From Clostridiales bacterium (GTDB taxonomy: Bacteria; Bacillota; Clostridia; Saccharofermentanales; Saccharofermentanaceae): 64,000 bases of DNA. Under the pieces are notes generated by a model. The model ran no database searches and had not been told where the DNA came from. It saw only the letters and a list, made by a program, of their open reading frames with translations. The stretch covers positions 192,001 through 256,000 of the forward strand of contig JAFWDK010000019.1 of NCBI GenBank assembly GCA_017513085.1. Reading direction: 5' to 3'. The position numbers and the translations under genes were made by a program. How positions within the stretch are numbered: the stretch's first letter is position 1; every line of letters begins with the position of its first letter. This document shows positions 9,616 to 20,327 of the stretch, one piece after another.

Positions 9616-12276
9616 TTATGCTACGACCTTGATCAGGCATCTAACCTCGCGCCCATCGCTCGTCCTTGCATAAAGATACGTGTTTGCCACACTTTTACCG
9701 GTTACTGTACCATTTGCATCCACTGTGGCCACGGCTGTGTTGCCCACTCGCCAGGACACTTCCTGTCTCGCTACGTTTTTTGCGGTAAACTGGAAGCTGC
9801 TTCCGACTTTGATCGTCTTCTCGGTATAAGTGATGCTCAGGGCACCGGCAGGAACGATCTTGAGAAGGCATTTGGCCGTACGTCCGTCCTCTGTCCGTAA
9901 ATAAAGATACGTATTTCCTATACTGACTGTTGTTACTGTTCCATTCGCATCAACTTTGGCCACATTCGAATTCCCTACCGACCACATGGCTTTCAGGATA
10001 CCTGTATTCTTGGCCGTAAACGCAAAGCTCTGCCCCATATAGATCGTCTTCTCGGTATAGTTGATACCCAGCGTTCCCGGATCAACGATCTTCAACAAGC
10101 ACTTGGCCACACGACCATCAGCACTCTTGGCATAGAGGTATGTATTGGCTGCGGTCTTTCCGATCACATTACCGTTCTGATCCACAGTTGCCACCGAAGT
10201 ATTTCCTACAGACCAGGTGATCTTCTGACCGGCATCTCCGGTTACCGCAAACCGGAATGCCTGATTAATATGTAATGTTTTCTCGGTATACCTGATCTTG
10301 AGTGCCGGATAAACAACTCTTACCAGACACTTGATCTTTGTGCCATCCGGAAGTCCTACATGCAGGTATGTATTGCCGGCACTTTTTGCGGTAACGAGTC
10401 CGCTTGCATTTACAGTAGCGATAGCCGTATTACCAACAGACCATGTGATACTATTATTGGAAACTCCCTCAACAGAATACTGGAAACTCTTTCCTACCTC
10501 GACTGTTTTTTCAGCCACCGGCGTCGGCGTAGGCGTCGTTTTCGGTTTCACGATCATTTCTTTGCCGTTGAACTTGACCCTTAAATTGTAATCGCAGGCG
10601 AACTTGCAATTCTCCTCACCGTTCCGTCTACCGCTGTAAATCACATAATCGTCCTCATACAGACAATCCTCTTCGAGCGGCAAGTTGATGCATTCGGAAA
10701 GATCCAAGTATTGCAGATCATTGTGGTAGCATAGGAGTTGTCTCAGTTCTTCGCCCTGACAGACTTTTAATGAAGTCATCCCATTATCAGAACACTCTAA
10801 AACTTTAAGCCATATATTCTTACTTACATCCAGTTCTTTTATCTGTGTACGGCTACAGAATAGTTCATCCATTGTTATGAAGTATTCGATACCCTTCAGC
10901 GATGCAGCCGAACTATCACTGACATCAATATAAGAAACCTTAGCCCGTTCGTTCCAGGCAAGTTTTCTATCTCCATTCAAGTCGACACTGTCTAACAAAT
11001 AACTACGGAATACAGCATCCGGGAAATACGTTCCGTTAACAGGGATCACTTGTGCTCCTTCACGATAATAGAACCCTGCATTAGGTACATTGATACTTGC
11101 AATAAAGTCATATGTAAGGCTATTACGGCCATTGTCAAACTCATTGAACTGATGATTCTCCGGATTCCTGTAATCAGAGGTTATAAGCGATACAACATTG
11201 CTATCCGTTGCAAATTTCAGTTCGGCAATGTTATTAAAGTGTGATGTCAAACTCAAAAGATCGTGGCATCCACTCACATCCAGAGAAGTCAGCAAGTTGT
11301 TTTCGCAATATAAATATTTAAGTTTCGGACAATTGCTCAGATTCAGAGATGTGAGTTTATTCTGTGAACACTCTATACTTTCCAACTGTTTATTGTTTCC
11401 CAAAACCAGAGACTTTAAGGAAACAGACGAACATACAAGATTTTTCAATTCAGTATTCTGGCTGACATCTAATTCATTCAGTTCTCCTTTATGTATATTG
11501 AGGATCTGCAAGTTCGGGAAATACTCCACGCCTTTTAACGACTTGACAGTTTTCCGGTCTATTTGTATGCCCGTAACTACTTCCCGTTCATCCAAGGAAA
11601 GAAAGCCATCTTTATCCGTATCGATCGTCGTCCGAATATACTCCACGAATGCCGTATCCGGAAAATTCCCGGAATTAATAGGCATCAGTGTGGGAGACGG
11701 GGATGGTGTCGGATCATCGTTGGGAATGATTGTTACTTGAGCATTCTGAAAAGCATCTGCTTCGTATTGTGTCGTAGAGTATACATAAACATGGAGTCTT
11801 CCGGATGCTGAATAAAAAGCACGAGAACCAACATACTCCAAAGCTTTCGGAAGTCTAACTTCCGTCAAGAATGAATTAGCAAGAAAAGCTTGAGAACCGA
11901 TACGCTTCAATGTTGAAGGAAATGTGATCGAAGTACACTTGGAATTAGCATAGAAAGCCATATTTCCAATTGAAGTCACTCCTTCCGGAATCACAACAGA
12001 ATTAAAGATATTTAAACCTTCGAAAGCGCTATCAGCAATAGATACGACCTGGTGACCACCTAAAGTCTGCGGAATAACAAGATCACGCGGATCAGTACCG
12101 GCAGCTTCACCATTAAAATACATCAGCGTACAAGTACCGTCAGCATTAACCTGATAACTGAATAGTCCATCAAACTCCCATCCAGCTCGTACGATCGGTC
12201 GCACCGCGCTCACAATCAGCAACAGTAGCAAAACAGAGAACACACAACTTAAGCGCTTGCAAAAAGATTTGCTCAT
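9616..12276 (-). CDS. Secreted/cell-surface protein with BspA-type and internalin-like leucine-rich repeats and C-terminal Ig-like (Big_2) repeats
   Basis: Signal peptide; IPEGVTSIGNMAF (BspA LRR); two FPDxxF...DxDxDG..LS modules with LxxLDVSxN repeats; PT-rich linkers; four WSVGNTxVATVDxNG Ig-like repeats. Confidence 0.85.
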   Translation of the reverse strand: MSKSFCKRLSCVFSVLLLLLIVSAVRPIVRAGWEFDGLFSYQVNADGTCTLMYFNGEAAGTDPRDLVIPQTLGGHQVVSIADSAFEGLNIFNSVVIPEGVTSIGNMAFYANSKCTSITFPSTLKRIGSQAFLANSFLTEVRLPKALEYVGSRAFYSASGRLHVYVYSTTQYEADAFQNAQVTIIPNDDPTPSPSPTLMPINSGNFPDTAFVEYIRTTIDTDKDGFLSLDEREVVTGIQIDRKTVKSLKGVEYFPNLQILNIHKGELNELDVSQNTELKNLVCSSVSLKSLVLGNNKQLESIECSQNKLTSLNLSNCPKLKYLYCENNLLTSLDVSGCHDLLSLTSHFNNIAELKFATDSNVVSLITSDYRNPENHQFNEFDNGRNSLTYDFIASINVPNAGFYYREGAQVIPVNGTYFPDAVFRSYLLDSVDLNGDRKLAWNERAKVSYIDVSDSSAASLKGIEYFITMDELFCSRTQIKELDVSKNIWLKVLECSDNGMTSLKVCQGEELRQLLCYHNDLQYLDLSECINLPLEEDCLYEDDYVIYSGRRNGEENCKFACDYNLRVKFNGKEMIVKPKTTPTPTPVAEKTVEVGKSFQYSVEGVSNNSITWSVGNTAIATVNASGLVTAKSAGNTYLHVGLPDGTKIKCLVRVVYPALKIRYTEKTLHINQAFRFAVTGDAGQKITWSVGNTSVATVDQNGNVIGKTAANTYLYAKSADGRVAKCLLKIVDPGTLGINYTEKTIYMGQSFAFTAKNTGILKAMWSVGNSNVAKVDANGTVTTVSIGNTYLYLRTEDGRTAKCLLKIVPAGALSITYTEKTIKVGSSFQFTAKNVARQEVSWRVGNTAVATVDANGTVTGKSVANTYLYARTSDGREVRCLIKVVA

Positions 12277-12411
12277 AAACAGTCACCCCTTGAAAATATT
12301 ATCCATATAAAATTGTACAATACTCAAGCGACAGAATTCACCGTTATTACCAGATATAAATATAAATCTATGTAAATATTTTGTAACTGTTGACCATCAG
12401 GCAAATCTTAT

Positions 12412-12440
12412 TTGACAATACCCAAAATGTGGTCTAGCAT
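12412..12440 (+). promoter_or_regulatory. Putative sigma-A promoter of the acyltransferase gene
   Basis: TTGACA (12412-12417), 17-nt spacer, TAGCAT (12435-12440). Confidence 0.5.
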
Positions 12441-12473
12441 ATCCTCAGTACAGTTAGTAAGTATTAAGGGGAT

Positions 12474-13208
12474 GTGCAAGTGGCTGATAAAGAGAATGTG
12501 TCCAAAGAGCAGAATATTTCTGCTGAGGACCTGAATAAGAAGTATCCGACACCGCGAGGTTTTTCCGGCTGGTTCTGGTATCACTTTTCGATGCGGGCCA
12601 CTAAGATCCTCGTCAAACTCCGCGCCGATGGCAGGGAAAACATTCCAGCTACGAATCCGTATGTTGTTTGTTCCAATCACCAGACCTATGCCGATGGCAT
12701 GTGGATCATGAGTTTTCTTCCGAGAAAACACAGAAAGTATTTCTGTTCTCTCGCCGCCTCAGATCTCGAGACCAACTACGGCGGACTGGGCCGCGCCATG
12801 ATGCATGTAGGCCGCGGCATCGCCGTGGACCGTTTCGGAAACCCGGTACGAGGTCTTATTAAAGCTAAAAAAGAACTGGAGAAGGGCAACCTGATCCTGG
12901 TTCATCCGGAGGGCACCAGAACTCACGATGGCCGTGTTGCCGAGTTTAAGGACGGCGCCGCATACCTTTCCGTCAAAGCGGATGTTCCTCTTCTCCCCAT
13001 CTATATCGAGGGCGGCTATCAGGCCTGGTCCCGCCACATGAAGAGACCTCAGACCTGGGACAAAGTCCATCACAGAAGGAAGCGCATCACGATCCATTTC
13101 GGCAAGCCTTTCATGCCGGACGATTATGACCGCGATGCTCATAAGATGACCGAAGCCATCTACGCATGGATGAAGGAAATGGAAAAGAAAGACGTGAATC
13201 TCCAGTAA
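12474..13208 (+). CDS. plsC: 1-acyl-sn-glycerol-3-phosphate / lysophospholipid acyltransferase
   Basis: NHQTYAD (HxxxxD), AVDR, HPEGTRT and VPLLP acyltransferase blocks. Confidence 0.85.
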   Translation: MQVADKENVSKEQNISAEDLNKKYPTPRGFSGWFWYHFSMRATKILVKLRADGRENIPATNPYVVCSNHQTYADGMWIMSFLPRKHRKYFCSLAASDLETNYGGLGRAMMHVGRGIAVDRFGNPVRGLIKAKKELEKGNLILVHPEGTRTHDGRVAEFKDGAAYLSVKADVPLLPIYIEGGYQAWSRHMKRPQTWDKVHHRRKRITIHFGKPFMPDDYDRDAHKMTEAIYAWMKEMEKKDVNLQ

Positions 13209-13272
13209 TGGAGATTCTTTTTTACACAAAAACAGCCGTGTCACCACGGCCGGAATCATATGGGAAACAGCA

Positions 13273-14238
13273 TCAGAAATTGGCGAAGCGGATCGCTTTC
13301 GGCACGATCTCATAGCGGACCTTATGACCGAAGAAATCCTCACCGTCATAGTTACCCTGAAGCTGGAAATTACTATCCAAAGAGGAAAAGATACCACTGG
13401 TGGAACGATACATGGTAAAACCGGGCTGCCCGACATGATGTCCCTTCTTATACTTCATCAACTGGGAAAAAGCCTTGGTACGGGACATATGGTCGACCAG
13501 GCAAACATCAAGCACGCCATCGTCGATCTCCGCGGACGGAGCCGGGCAAAAACCGCCTCCATAGTATCGTCCGTTGCAGATGCTGACCAGAGAATAACGG
13601 ACATTCTTCTTCTCGATGATATCACCATTATCCAATTCGATGGAATAGTCCATCTTGTAGCGCCAGCCGGTCAGAAGACAAGACACCGCCGCCATGGAAT
13701 ACGCGTGTTTTCTATAGAACATACTCTTCGGATGCTTCGCCACCATAAGTTTCGCTTTGGCCTGTACCAGCGTATCCAGACCCATCGAAGCAATATTAAG
13801 GCAGTAACGGCTCCAGATCGGAAGATGATTGCCCAGTGCGTCATAGCTGTCGATGCGCAAAAGATCGATCGGACGGATATCCGGATTTTCCAAGTGTTTG
13901 AGGATCATCAGAGGCTTCTTGCAAAACTCCGGCGGATACACGGTTCTGGCAAAATCATTACATGTGCCCAACGGAAGCACGCCCATAGGCGAACTACGGA
14001 AAGCAAGCGCATTGGCCACTTCGTGGACCGTGCCGTCTCCGCCGCAGGCAAAAATGATGCATTCCGAGCCGAATTTTTCGGAAAAAGCAACCGCCAGCCG
14101 TTCCGCATGGTTCTCATAGCGTGTATATTTCACGATGATCTTCGAACGGATATCCTTCGGTAAAGCGTAGAGTGCTTTTTCAAAAGACTTCTTCTTCCTC
14201 TTATGTATGTTTGCGTTGACTATAAAAATGTACTGCAA
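13273..14238 (-). CDS. Diacylglycerol/lipid kinase family protein (YegS/DgkB-like)
   Basis: IVN motif, CGGDGTVHEVAN, LPLGTCNDFA, NGRYYGGG, DDGVLD and YDGE. Confidence 0.88.
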   Translation of the reverse strand: MQYIFIVNANIHKRKKKSFEKALYALPKDIRSKIIVKYTRYENHAERLAVAFSEKFGSECIIFACGGDGTVHEVANALAFRSSPMGVLPLGTCNDFARTVYPPEFCKKPLMILKHLENPDIRPIDLLRIDSYDALGNHLPIWSRYCLNIASMGLDTLVQAKAKLMVAKHPKSMFYRKHAYSMAAVSCLLTGWRYKMDYSIELDNGDIIEKKNVRYSLVSICNGRYYGGGFCPAPSAEIDDGVLDVCLVDHMSRTKAFSQLMKYKKGHHVGQPGFTMYRSTSGIFSSLDSNFQLQGNYDGEDFFGHKVRYEIVPKAIRFANF

Positions 14239-14261
14239 AATATTATCCCCGTATAAAATGC

Positions 14262-14576
14262 TTAATTCTTCGAGTTGCTGATCATCTCGACAACATCGCC
14301 GATGGAACGGACCAGTTCAATGGCCTCATCAGAAATATGGATGTCGTAAAGACTCTCAAGATCGACCACCAGTTCATAAAGCTGCAGGGAATCCAAAGGA
14401 AGGTCTTCAAAAAGCATGGTATCCAAAGAAAAATCTGTCTTTGGCATATCCAAAAGCTTGGAAAGCATGTCCGTAATGGTATCGAAAATGGCTTCCTTGC
14501 CGAAATCAGGTTTCTGTCCGGCAGAAGCGGAGATCAGTTCTCTTCCGTTATTCTCTTTTTTCTTCGAAACCGCCAC
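14262..14576 (-). CDS. Acyl carrier protein with a short N-terminal extension
   Basis: EDLPLDSLQLYELVVDLE (DSL phosphopantetheine site) and ISDEAIELVRSIGDVV. GTG start at 14576, just after GGAGGTG and the upstream stop. Confidence 0.8.
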   Translation of the reverse strand: MAVSKKKENNGRELISASAGQKPDFGKEAIFDTITDMLSKLLDMPKTDFSLDTMLFEDLPLDSLQLYELVVDLESLYDIHISDEAIELVRSIGDVVEMISNSKN

Positions 14577-14577
14577 A

Positions 14578-15075
14578 TCACACCTCCGTATCATCACGCA
14601 CGATCTTCTTATAATGCTGACCGTTGCTGTACTTCTTGTACTGCTCTTCCACAAATGCATCGATCTCCGCGACGGTCTTGGTCAGGATCGCCTTCTCCTC
14701 CTCGGAGAGAGGGTCCATGATCCTCTTAACCAGCACGCGGTGAAACTTCGAGTGCATGCGGTAAGCAAGTTTTCCCTGTCTGGTGAGGGAGATACGGACA
14801 ATTCTTCTGTCTTTCGTATCGCGCTGGCGCTCCACATACTCTTTCTTGACCAGGCGGTCGATCGCCACCGTCAAAGTACCCACCGTGATACCAAGAATAT
14901 TGGCTGTCTCAGTCATGGTACGCGCCTCATAAGGACCGATGGCATTCAACGTATGCAGTTCTGCAATCGAAAGATCTGAAAAGTACCCTTTAGAGAGTGC
15001 CATACCCTCTGTCAGAAGCACATTATCGAATATACGGAGTAAGCTCTCCGCAAAATCCTTTTCGTTCGAGTCCAT
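14578..15075 (-). CDS. MarR-family regulator, FabT-like
   Basis: DLSIAELHTLNAIG...TVGTLTVAIDRLVKKEYVER.RDTKDRR resembles FabT; sits directly upstream of the ACP. Confidence 0.8.
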   Translation of the reverse strand: MDSNEKDFAESLLRIFDNVLLTEGMALSKGYFSDLSIAELHTLNAIGPYEARTMTETANILGITVGTLTVAIDRLVKKEYVERQRDTKDRRIVRISLTRQGKLAYRMHSKFHRVLVKRIMDPLSEEEKAILTKTVAEIDAFVEEQYKKYSNGQHYKKIVRDDTEV

Positions 15076-15226
15076 CTTTGTTCCCCTTTCGCCCTCACGC
15101 ATAGCAAAATTCTACACGAATCAGATGTAAAAAACAATAAAATTACCTTGCGAAAAGCCGAAAACAGGTATTCATCCGCACTTTTCGGCAAAAATCACAA
15201 TGTATCGAACCGACGTATGCCGGATA

Positions 15227-15973
15227 CTAGGGATTTCTACACACCACTTCCACCTCATCGATGGGAATAATGCGTGGATACGTCCCGGAGAAAAGCCCTG
15301 TCCGGATCACCCTTGTGTTCTCCGCAACCGGCTTACTCATACCACAGTAGGTCTGAAGTGCAGAAAGGATCAGGTCCGGGCGCACGTTTTTCTCGGAACC
15401 GGCCCCGCAGTAAAAATCCACCGCATCCGGATTTCCGTCTGAAGCCTGGGATAGAGAGATCATGAGCGGACGGATATCCGTCTTCTTCAGTTTGCCTTTC
15501 GCCATCTTCTCGACCTCCAAAGACTCCATGGAAAGTGCCCGTTCCATCGCAGCACGGATCCCCGGTGCTTCAAAACGGTATGACGCCGTCGTCACGATCG
15601 ACATGATACTATCCTTCGGTTCCGGGATCGCCTTAGACCTCGCGATCCGGATCCCTTGCGGAAGGTACGTGTTCATCGCGCGGACAAACTCTTCTTCGTC
15701 AAAAGGTCTGTCGAGGGATACGTCGAGATAATCTTTTCTCGTCTCGATCCCGACACCGAGCGGCAGCGCAAAAACCATCTCCGGTCTCGGGTTATAGCCC
15801 TGTGAATACAGGATCGGTAATCCCGCCCGTCTGGCCGCGCGTTCAAAGCAGGTCATCAGGTCGAGGTGTCCGAGAAAGATCGCCGCCCCGTTTCTTTCGA
15901 AGACGCAGCGCTGAACATATGCAGTCTGGTGATCCTGCATCGTCATTTTCTTCTCCAGTTCACTCTGCCGCAT
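15227..15973 (-). CDS. Radical SAM-linked protein (DUF2344/TIGR03936-like)
   Basis: FLGHLDLM..FERAARRAGLPILYSQGYNPRPEM.FALPL.VG signature; coupled to the upstream radical SAM gene. Confidence 0.85.
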   Translation of the reverse strand: MRQSELEKKMTMQDHQTAYVQRCVFERNGAAIFLGHLDLMTCFERAARRAGLPILYSQGYNPRPEMVFALPLGVGIETRKDYLDVSLDRPFDEEEFVRAMNTYLPQGIRIARSKAIPEPKDSIMSIVTTASYRFEAPGIRAAMERALSMESLEVEKMAKGKLKKTDIRPLMISLSQASDGNPDAVDFYCGAGSEKNVRPDLILSALQTYCGMSKPVAENTRVIRTGLFSGTYPRIIPIDEVEVVCRNP

Positions 15974-17888
15974 AGCTCACGCCTCCCTTCACTTTTTCCT
16001 TGAAGCACTCGCCAACACCGAAACAAGTCACCCCGCAGCCGGAACACTTCTCCCGGCAGGATGGCGTGGTGGTTTCCGCATAGGCCTTATGCCGTTCGGA
16101 AAGCAGGAACTTTTTGGTCACTCCCACGTTGATATGCTCCCAGGGCAAGGTCTCTTCTTCATGATGTTCTCTTGAAAAATCTTCCACGGACAGGCCATGT
16201 CTTTCCAGGATCTCCAGCCATCTCGAAAACTTAAACTGGTCATCCCAGGCATCAAAGATCAGTCCGCTCTTATATCCCTCCAGAAGAACCGGTGCCAGAC
16301 GTCGGTCACCTCTTGCCAGCACGACTTCCCAGACCGAGGAATCAAAGTCATGCCATGCATAGTGGATATTTCGGCTCCGGATATTCTCCTTCAGAAGTTT
16401 CTGTTTACGTATCAATTCTTCTTTCGTATCCTGCTTCTCCCACTGGAAAGGCGTGAACGGTTTCGGAATAAAAAGCGACGTGGAGACCGTGATCTCCAAT
16501 TTTCTCATTCTCTGTCCGGTCCTTCTTCCCACATCGTAATAGAGCTGTTCGATCCGCCGTGCCAGATCCGCAATACCAAGCACATCTTCGTCCGTCTCCG
16601 TCGGAAGTCCCAGCATAAAGTAAAGTTTCACCGTACTCCAGCCTCCTTCAAAAGCCAGTTCCAGCGCCGAGAAGATATTCTCCTCCCGGATATTCTTATT
16701 AATGACATCACGAAGCCGCTGCGTGCCCGCCTCCGGAGCAAACGTCAGGCCGCTTTTTCTCGTGCTCTGCACCTTCTCCATAAGATCCAGAGAGAAAGAA
16801 TCCAGACGCAAAGAAGGAAGCGAAAGACTGGTGTGATGTCCCTCAAATGTCTCCAGGAGATCTGTCGCCAGTTTCGGGAATTCCGTGTAGTCGCTGGTAG
16901 AAAGCGACAACAGCCCCATCTCATCGTAGCCCGTATTTTTCTCCAGCTCCATTCCCTGCCGGCAAAGCACTTCTTCGGATTTTTCTCTTACCGGTCGGTA
17001 AATGAATCCGGCCTGGCAGAAACGGCATCCTCGGATACATCCGCGGAAAACCTCCAGGTACGAGCGGTCATGAACGACACGCATATTCGACACCACAGGA
17101 CTCGTCGGATAAGAAACCGTATCGAGATCTTTTATGATCCGCTTGGTGACCGTTTCCGGGATCCCCTCGCGGTTCGGAGTAACACTCGCGCCATGTTCGC
17201 GCGAATAGGAAACATCGTAAAAACAAGGAACGTAGATGCCTTCGATCTGCGCGCACTGATACAGGAGTTCCTCTTTCGAGATCGGATGGTCTGTTTCTTT
17301 GGAAAGTTTATATTCCCGGATCTTTTCGGAAAGCTCCAGGATCATCTCCTCGCCTTCGCCCATCAGGGCGATATCGAAAAAGTCCGCCATCGGTTCGATG
17401 TTATACGCACACGGACCGCCGCAGCAGATGATCGGATCATCCTCCCCGCGGTCTTTGGCCAGAAGCGGGATCCTGCCAAGATCAAGCATCTGCAGAACAT
17501 TGGTGTAACACATCTCATAGCCGAGCGTAAAACCGAGAATATCGAAGTCGCAAAGCGGCGTCTTCGTCTCCTGCGAGTAAAGCGGAATATTCTTCTCCCT
17601 CAGGATCTTATCCATATCCAGCCACGGGGAAAAAGCGCGCTCGCACGCGACAAAATCACTTTCGTTCAGCACGTGATACAGAATCTGAAGTGCAAGATTA
17701 CTCATGCCTATCTCATAAATATCGGGAAAACAGAACGCGAAGCGGACATAGGAGGTCTTCCCCGTCCTCTCAAGTTCTTCCATCATATCTTCTTTAATGA
17801 CTGCGTTAAATTCACCACCCACATATCTGGCCGGGCTCTCGACCGACATCAGATCTGATTTAGAAAGTGGTACAGGATAATTCTTCAT
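15960..17888 (-). CDS. B12-binding-like radical SAM protein (TIGR03960-like)
   Basis: PARYVGGE, FPDIYEIGMS, CIRGCRFC (CxxxCxxC), GLTFAPEAG and KLYFMLGLP. Start is uncertain (17888 or 17924). Confidence 0.88.
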   Translation of the reverse strand: MKNYPVPLSKSDLMSVESPARYVGGEFNAVIKEDMMEELERTGKTSYVRFAFCFPDIYEIGMSNLALQILYHVLNESDFVACERAFSPWLDMDKILREKNIPLYSQETKTPLCDFDILGFTLGYEMCYTNVLQMLDLGRIPLLAKDRGEDDPIICCGGPCAYNIEPMADFFDIALMGEGEEMILELSEKIREYKLSKETDHPISKEELLYQCAQIEGIYVPCFYDVSYSREHGASVTPNREGIPETVTKRIIKDLDTVSYPTSPVVSNMRVVHDRSYLEVFRGCIRGCRFCQAGFIYRPVREKSEEVLCRQGMELEKNTGYDEMGLLSLSTSDYTEFPKLATDLLETFEGHHTSLSLPSLRLDSFSLDLMEKVQSTRKSGLTFAPEAGTQRLRDVINKNIREENIFSALELAFEGGWSTVKLYFMLGLPTETDEDVLGIADLARRIEQLYYDVGRRTGQRMRKLEITVSTSLFIPKPFTPFQWEKQDTKEELIRKQKLLKENIRSRNIHYAWHDFDSSVWEVVLARGDRRLAPVLLEGYKSGLIFDAWDDQFKFSRWLEILERHGLSVEDFSREHHEEETLPWEHINVGVTKKFLLSERHKAYAETTTPSCREKCSGCGVTCFGVGECFKEKVKGGVSYAAE

Positions 17889-18002
17889 GTCGGATCTATA
17901 TCTCTCCTTGAAGCGGTTTTCCATTATTTTACAGCAAAAATGGCATCTTGTCCTTACGTCTCCCGCCTGACTTGCCAAGAGCTACCGGGCAAAAATGAAA
18001 AA

Positions 18003-18036
18003 GGAAGCCGCCTCTTTGTTGTCGAGGCAGCTTCCT
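18003..18036 (-). terminator. Intrinsic terminator after pgi
   Basis: GGAAGCTGCCTC...GAGGCGGCTTCC stem followed by TTTTTCATTTTT on the minus strand. Confidence 0.7.
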
Positions 18037-18086
18037 TCTCACTCACATCATTTTATTCAGTTTAAAGGAAAGGCGGAAAAGCCGAA

Positions 18087-19433
18087 TCACTTATTCTTCA
18101 GTCTCTTCTCCAAAGCTTTCTTCTCCGCTTCATAACCCGGCTTGCCGAGAAGAGCGAACATGTTCTTCTTGTAAGCTTCTACGCCAGGCTGGTTGAACGG
18201 ATTAACAGCATTCAGATATCCGGAAATGCCGCATGCCTTCTCGAAGAAGTAGATCAGCTGACCGAGCCAGTATTCGTTGAGCTCCGGTACATGGATGATC
18301 ATGTTTGGAACTTTACCGTCAACATGAGCAAGAACCGTACCCTGCATAGCCTTCAGGTTAACATCGTTCATGTCCATGCCTGCCAGGAAGTTCAAGCCAT
18401 CGAGGTTCTCTTTGTCGCTCGGGATAATGAAAGAACGGCGTGCCTTATCGATCTGTACGACAGTCTCGAAAAGCATTCTCTTACCATCCTGGATGTACTG
18501 ACCCATGGAGTGCAGGTCGGTCGTGTTATCTACGCCTGCCGGGAAGATGCCCTTGCCGTCCTTACCTTCGGACTCACCATAGAGCTGCTTCCACCATTCA
18601 GTCATGTAATGGAAAGAAGGCTCGTAGTTTACCATTACTTCTGTGTTGTAACCACGACGAAGCAGGCAGTTTCTGGCGATAGCGTACTTGTAGCACTCAT
18701 TCTCCATGCCGACCTTCTTATAGTCACGGCTTGCATCTCTTGCACCGGTCATGATTTGACGGATGTCGATGCCGGCAACCGCGATCGGGAGAAGACCAAC
18801 AGCTGTCAGTACAGAGAAACGTCCTCCGACGTCATCCGGAACTACGAATGTCTCATAGCCTTCATTCTTAGCAAGAGTCTTCAGGGCTCCGCGCTCCTTA
18901 TCCGTTGTCGCATAGATACGGGCTCTGGCTTCCTCTTTACCGTACTTCTCTTCCATATACGCACGGATGATACGGAAAGCGATCGCCGGCTCAGTAGTCG
19001 TACCGGACTTAGAGATCACGTTTACAGATACTCTCTTGCCCTCAAGAAGATCCATCAAGTCAGCAAGATATGTTGCGCTGATGGAGTTTCCGCAGAAGAT
19101 GATCTGCGGAGCTTTTCTGACTTTCTTATTTGCCATATTTGCAAAAGAATGGGAAAGAAGCTCGATTGCAGCTCTTGCGCCAAGGTAGGATCCGCCGATA
19201 CCGATCACCAGAAGTACATCGGAATCCTTACGGATACGTGTCGCAGCCTGACGGATACGGATGAATTCGTTCTTGTCATACTTGCTCGGCAGTTCCAGCC
19301 AGCCAAGGAAATCACTTCCCGGGCCGTTCTTCTTGTGAAGCATGTTGTGGGCCAACTCCACCTGCGGCAGCATCTTCTCCATCTCATTTTCGTTAATGAA
19401 AGACATCAGATTGGATGTATCAACACTAATCAT
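18087..19433 (-). CDS. pgi: Glucose-6-phosphate isomerase
   Basis: [41 protein letters not shown] and [11 protein letters not shown]. Start at 19433 after GGAG. Confidence 0.97.
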   Translation of the reverse strand: MISVDTSNLMSFINENEMEKMLPQVELAHNMLHKKNGPGSDFLGWLELPSKYDKNEFIRIRQAATRIRKDSDVLLVIGIGGSYLGARAAIELLSHSFANMANKKVRKAPQIIFCGNSISATYLADLMDLLEGKRVSVNVISKSGTTTEPAIAFRIIRAYMEEKYGKEEARARIYATTDKERGALKTLAKNEGYETFVVPDDVGGRFSVLTAVGLLPIAVAGIDIRQIMTGARDASRDYKKVGMENECYKYAIARNCLLRRGYNTEVMVNYEPSFHYMTEWWKQLYGESEGKDGKGIFPAGVDNTTDLHSMGQYIQDGKRMLFETVVQIDKARRSFIIPSDKENLDGLNFLAGMDMNDVNLKAMQGTVLAHVDGKVPNMIIHVPELNEYWLGQLIYFFEKACGISGYLNAVNPFNQPGVEAYKKNMFALLGKPGYEAEKKALEKRLKNK

Positions 19434-19673
19434 AAAAAATCTCCTCAATCTGTTTATGAATATTTGGCACGTTAAGCACCGCAATTAGTATACCACGAAT
19501 AATTAAAAAACAATGGATAAGTTCGAATAAAATCCATCAGAATTCATTAAGGATATCATGCACGCAACGTTTTTTGCGACTTTGTCAAAAAAATTGAACG
19601 TTTGAGCCGGTCTTCGAAACCGATGTCGATTCACGTATTTCAGCCTCGGACGCAAAAGCACAGAAAATTTACA

Positions 19674-20225
19674 TTATTTCTCTTCTGAAATCAGTCGGAT
19701 GATCTCCAGATACATTTCGGCCGGCTCACTCTTCCATCTCTTGCACGTGCGTTCTGCCGCCGCTTCTGACGGCGCATTCCAGTGAAGGGAGAATGTTGTT
19801 GCGTCATTTTCCACAAGACGAAGATCCACATCCCATGTTCCTTCCCCGTTCGGCGCATATTCGGCCTGGACACTTTTCTCTTCGGAAGCCTCATGACGCC
19901 AGGACTTGGAGGCCGAACTCAGATAGGCACGGATGCCTGTCGGAACCGATGGAAGCAATCGATTGAGGATCGCTTTGCCCTCCGGCGTAATATCGCAGGA
20001 CAGGATCGGTCTTCCGGACGCATCTTTTCGGGATTCATTCTTTCTCACCGACTCCGTCATGAGACGGGCATCCAGCAGTTCTTTTTTCGCCTGGGAAAAG
20101 AGAAAATAATCTACATAGAGCGACTCCAGCGCACAGTCGGTCAGCTTGGCTGACGGGATACTGTCGACCTTGGAAAGAATAAAAAGAATAATGATCTTCG
20201 CATTTGGCAGATCCGTATTGGCCAT
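19674..20225 (-). CDS. DUF4364-family protein
   Basis: KIIILFIL...YVDYFLFSQ...ITPEG winged-helix-like N-terminus and C-terminal LxLVEN...W..P..MY pattern. Confidence 0.65.
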   Translation of the reverse strand: MANTDLPNAKIIILFILSKVDSIPSAKLTDCALESLYVDYFLFSQAKKELLDARLMTESVRKNESRKDASGRPILSCDITPEGKAILNRLLPSVPTGIRAYLSSASKSWRHEASEEKSVQAEYAPNGEGTWDVDLRLVENDATTFSLHWNAPSEAAAERTCKRWKSEPAEMYLEIIRLISEEK

Positions 20226-20327
20226 GTGATCGCTCCTTCAAACGTAGTACGGTCTATTATACGACAAGCCGATGCATCTTGAAAGACGCGGTGGACTTAA
20301 GAAAAACGATCCACGCTAACTGTTGCT

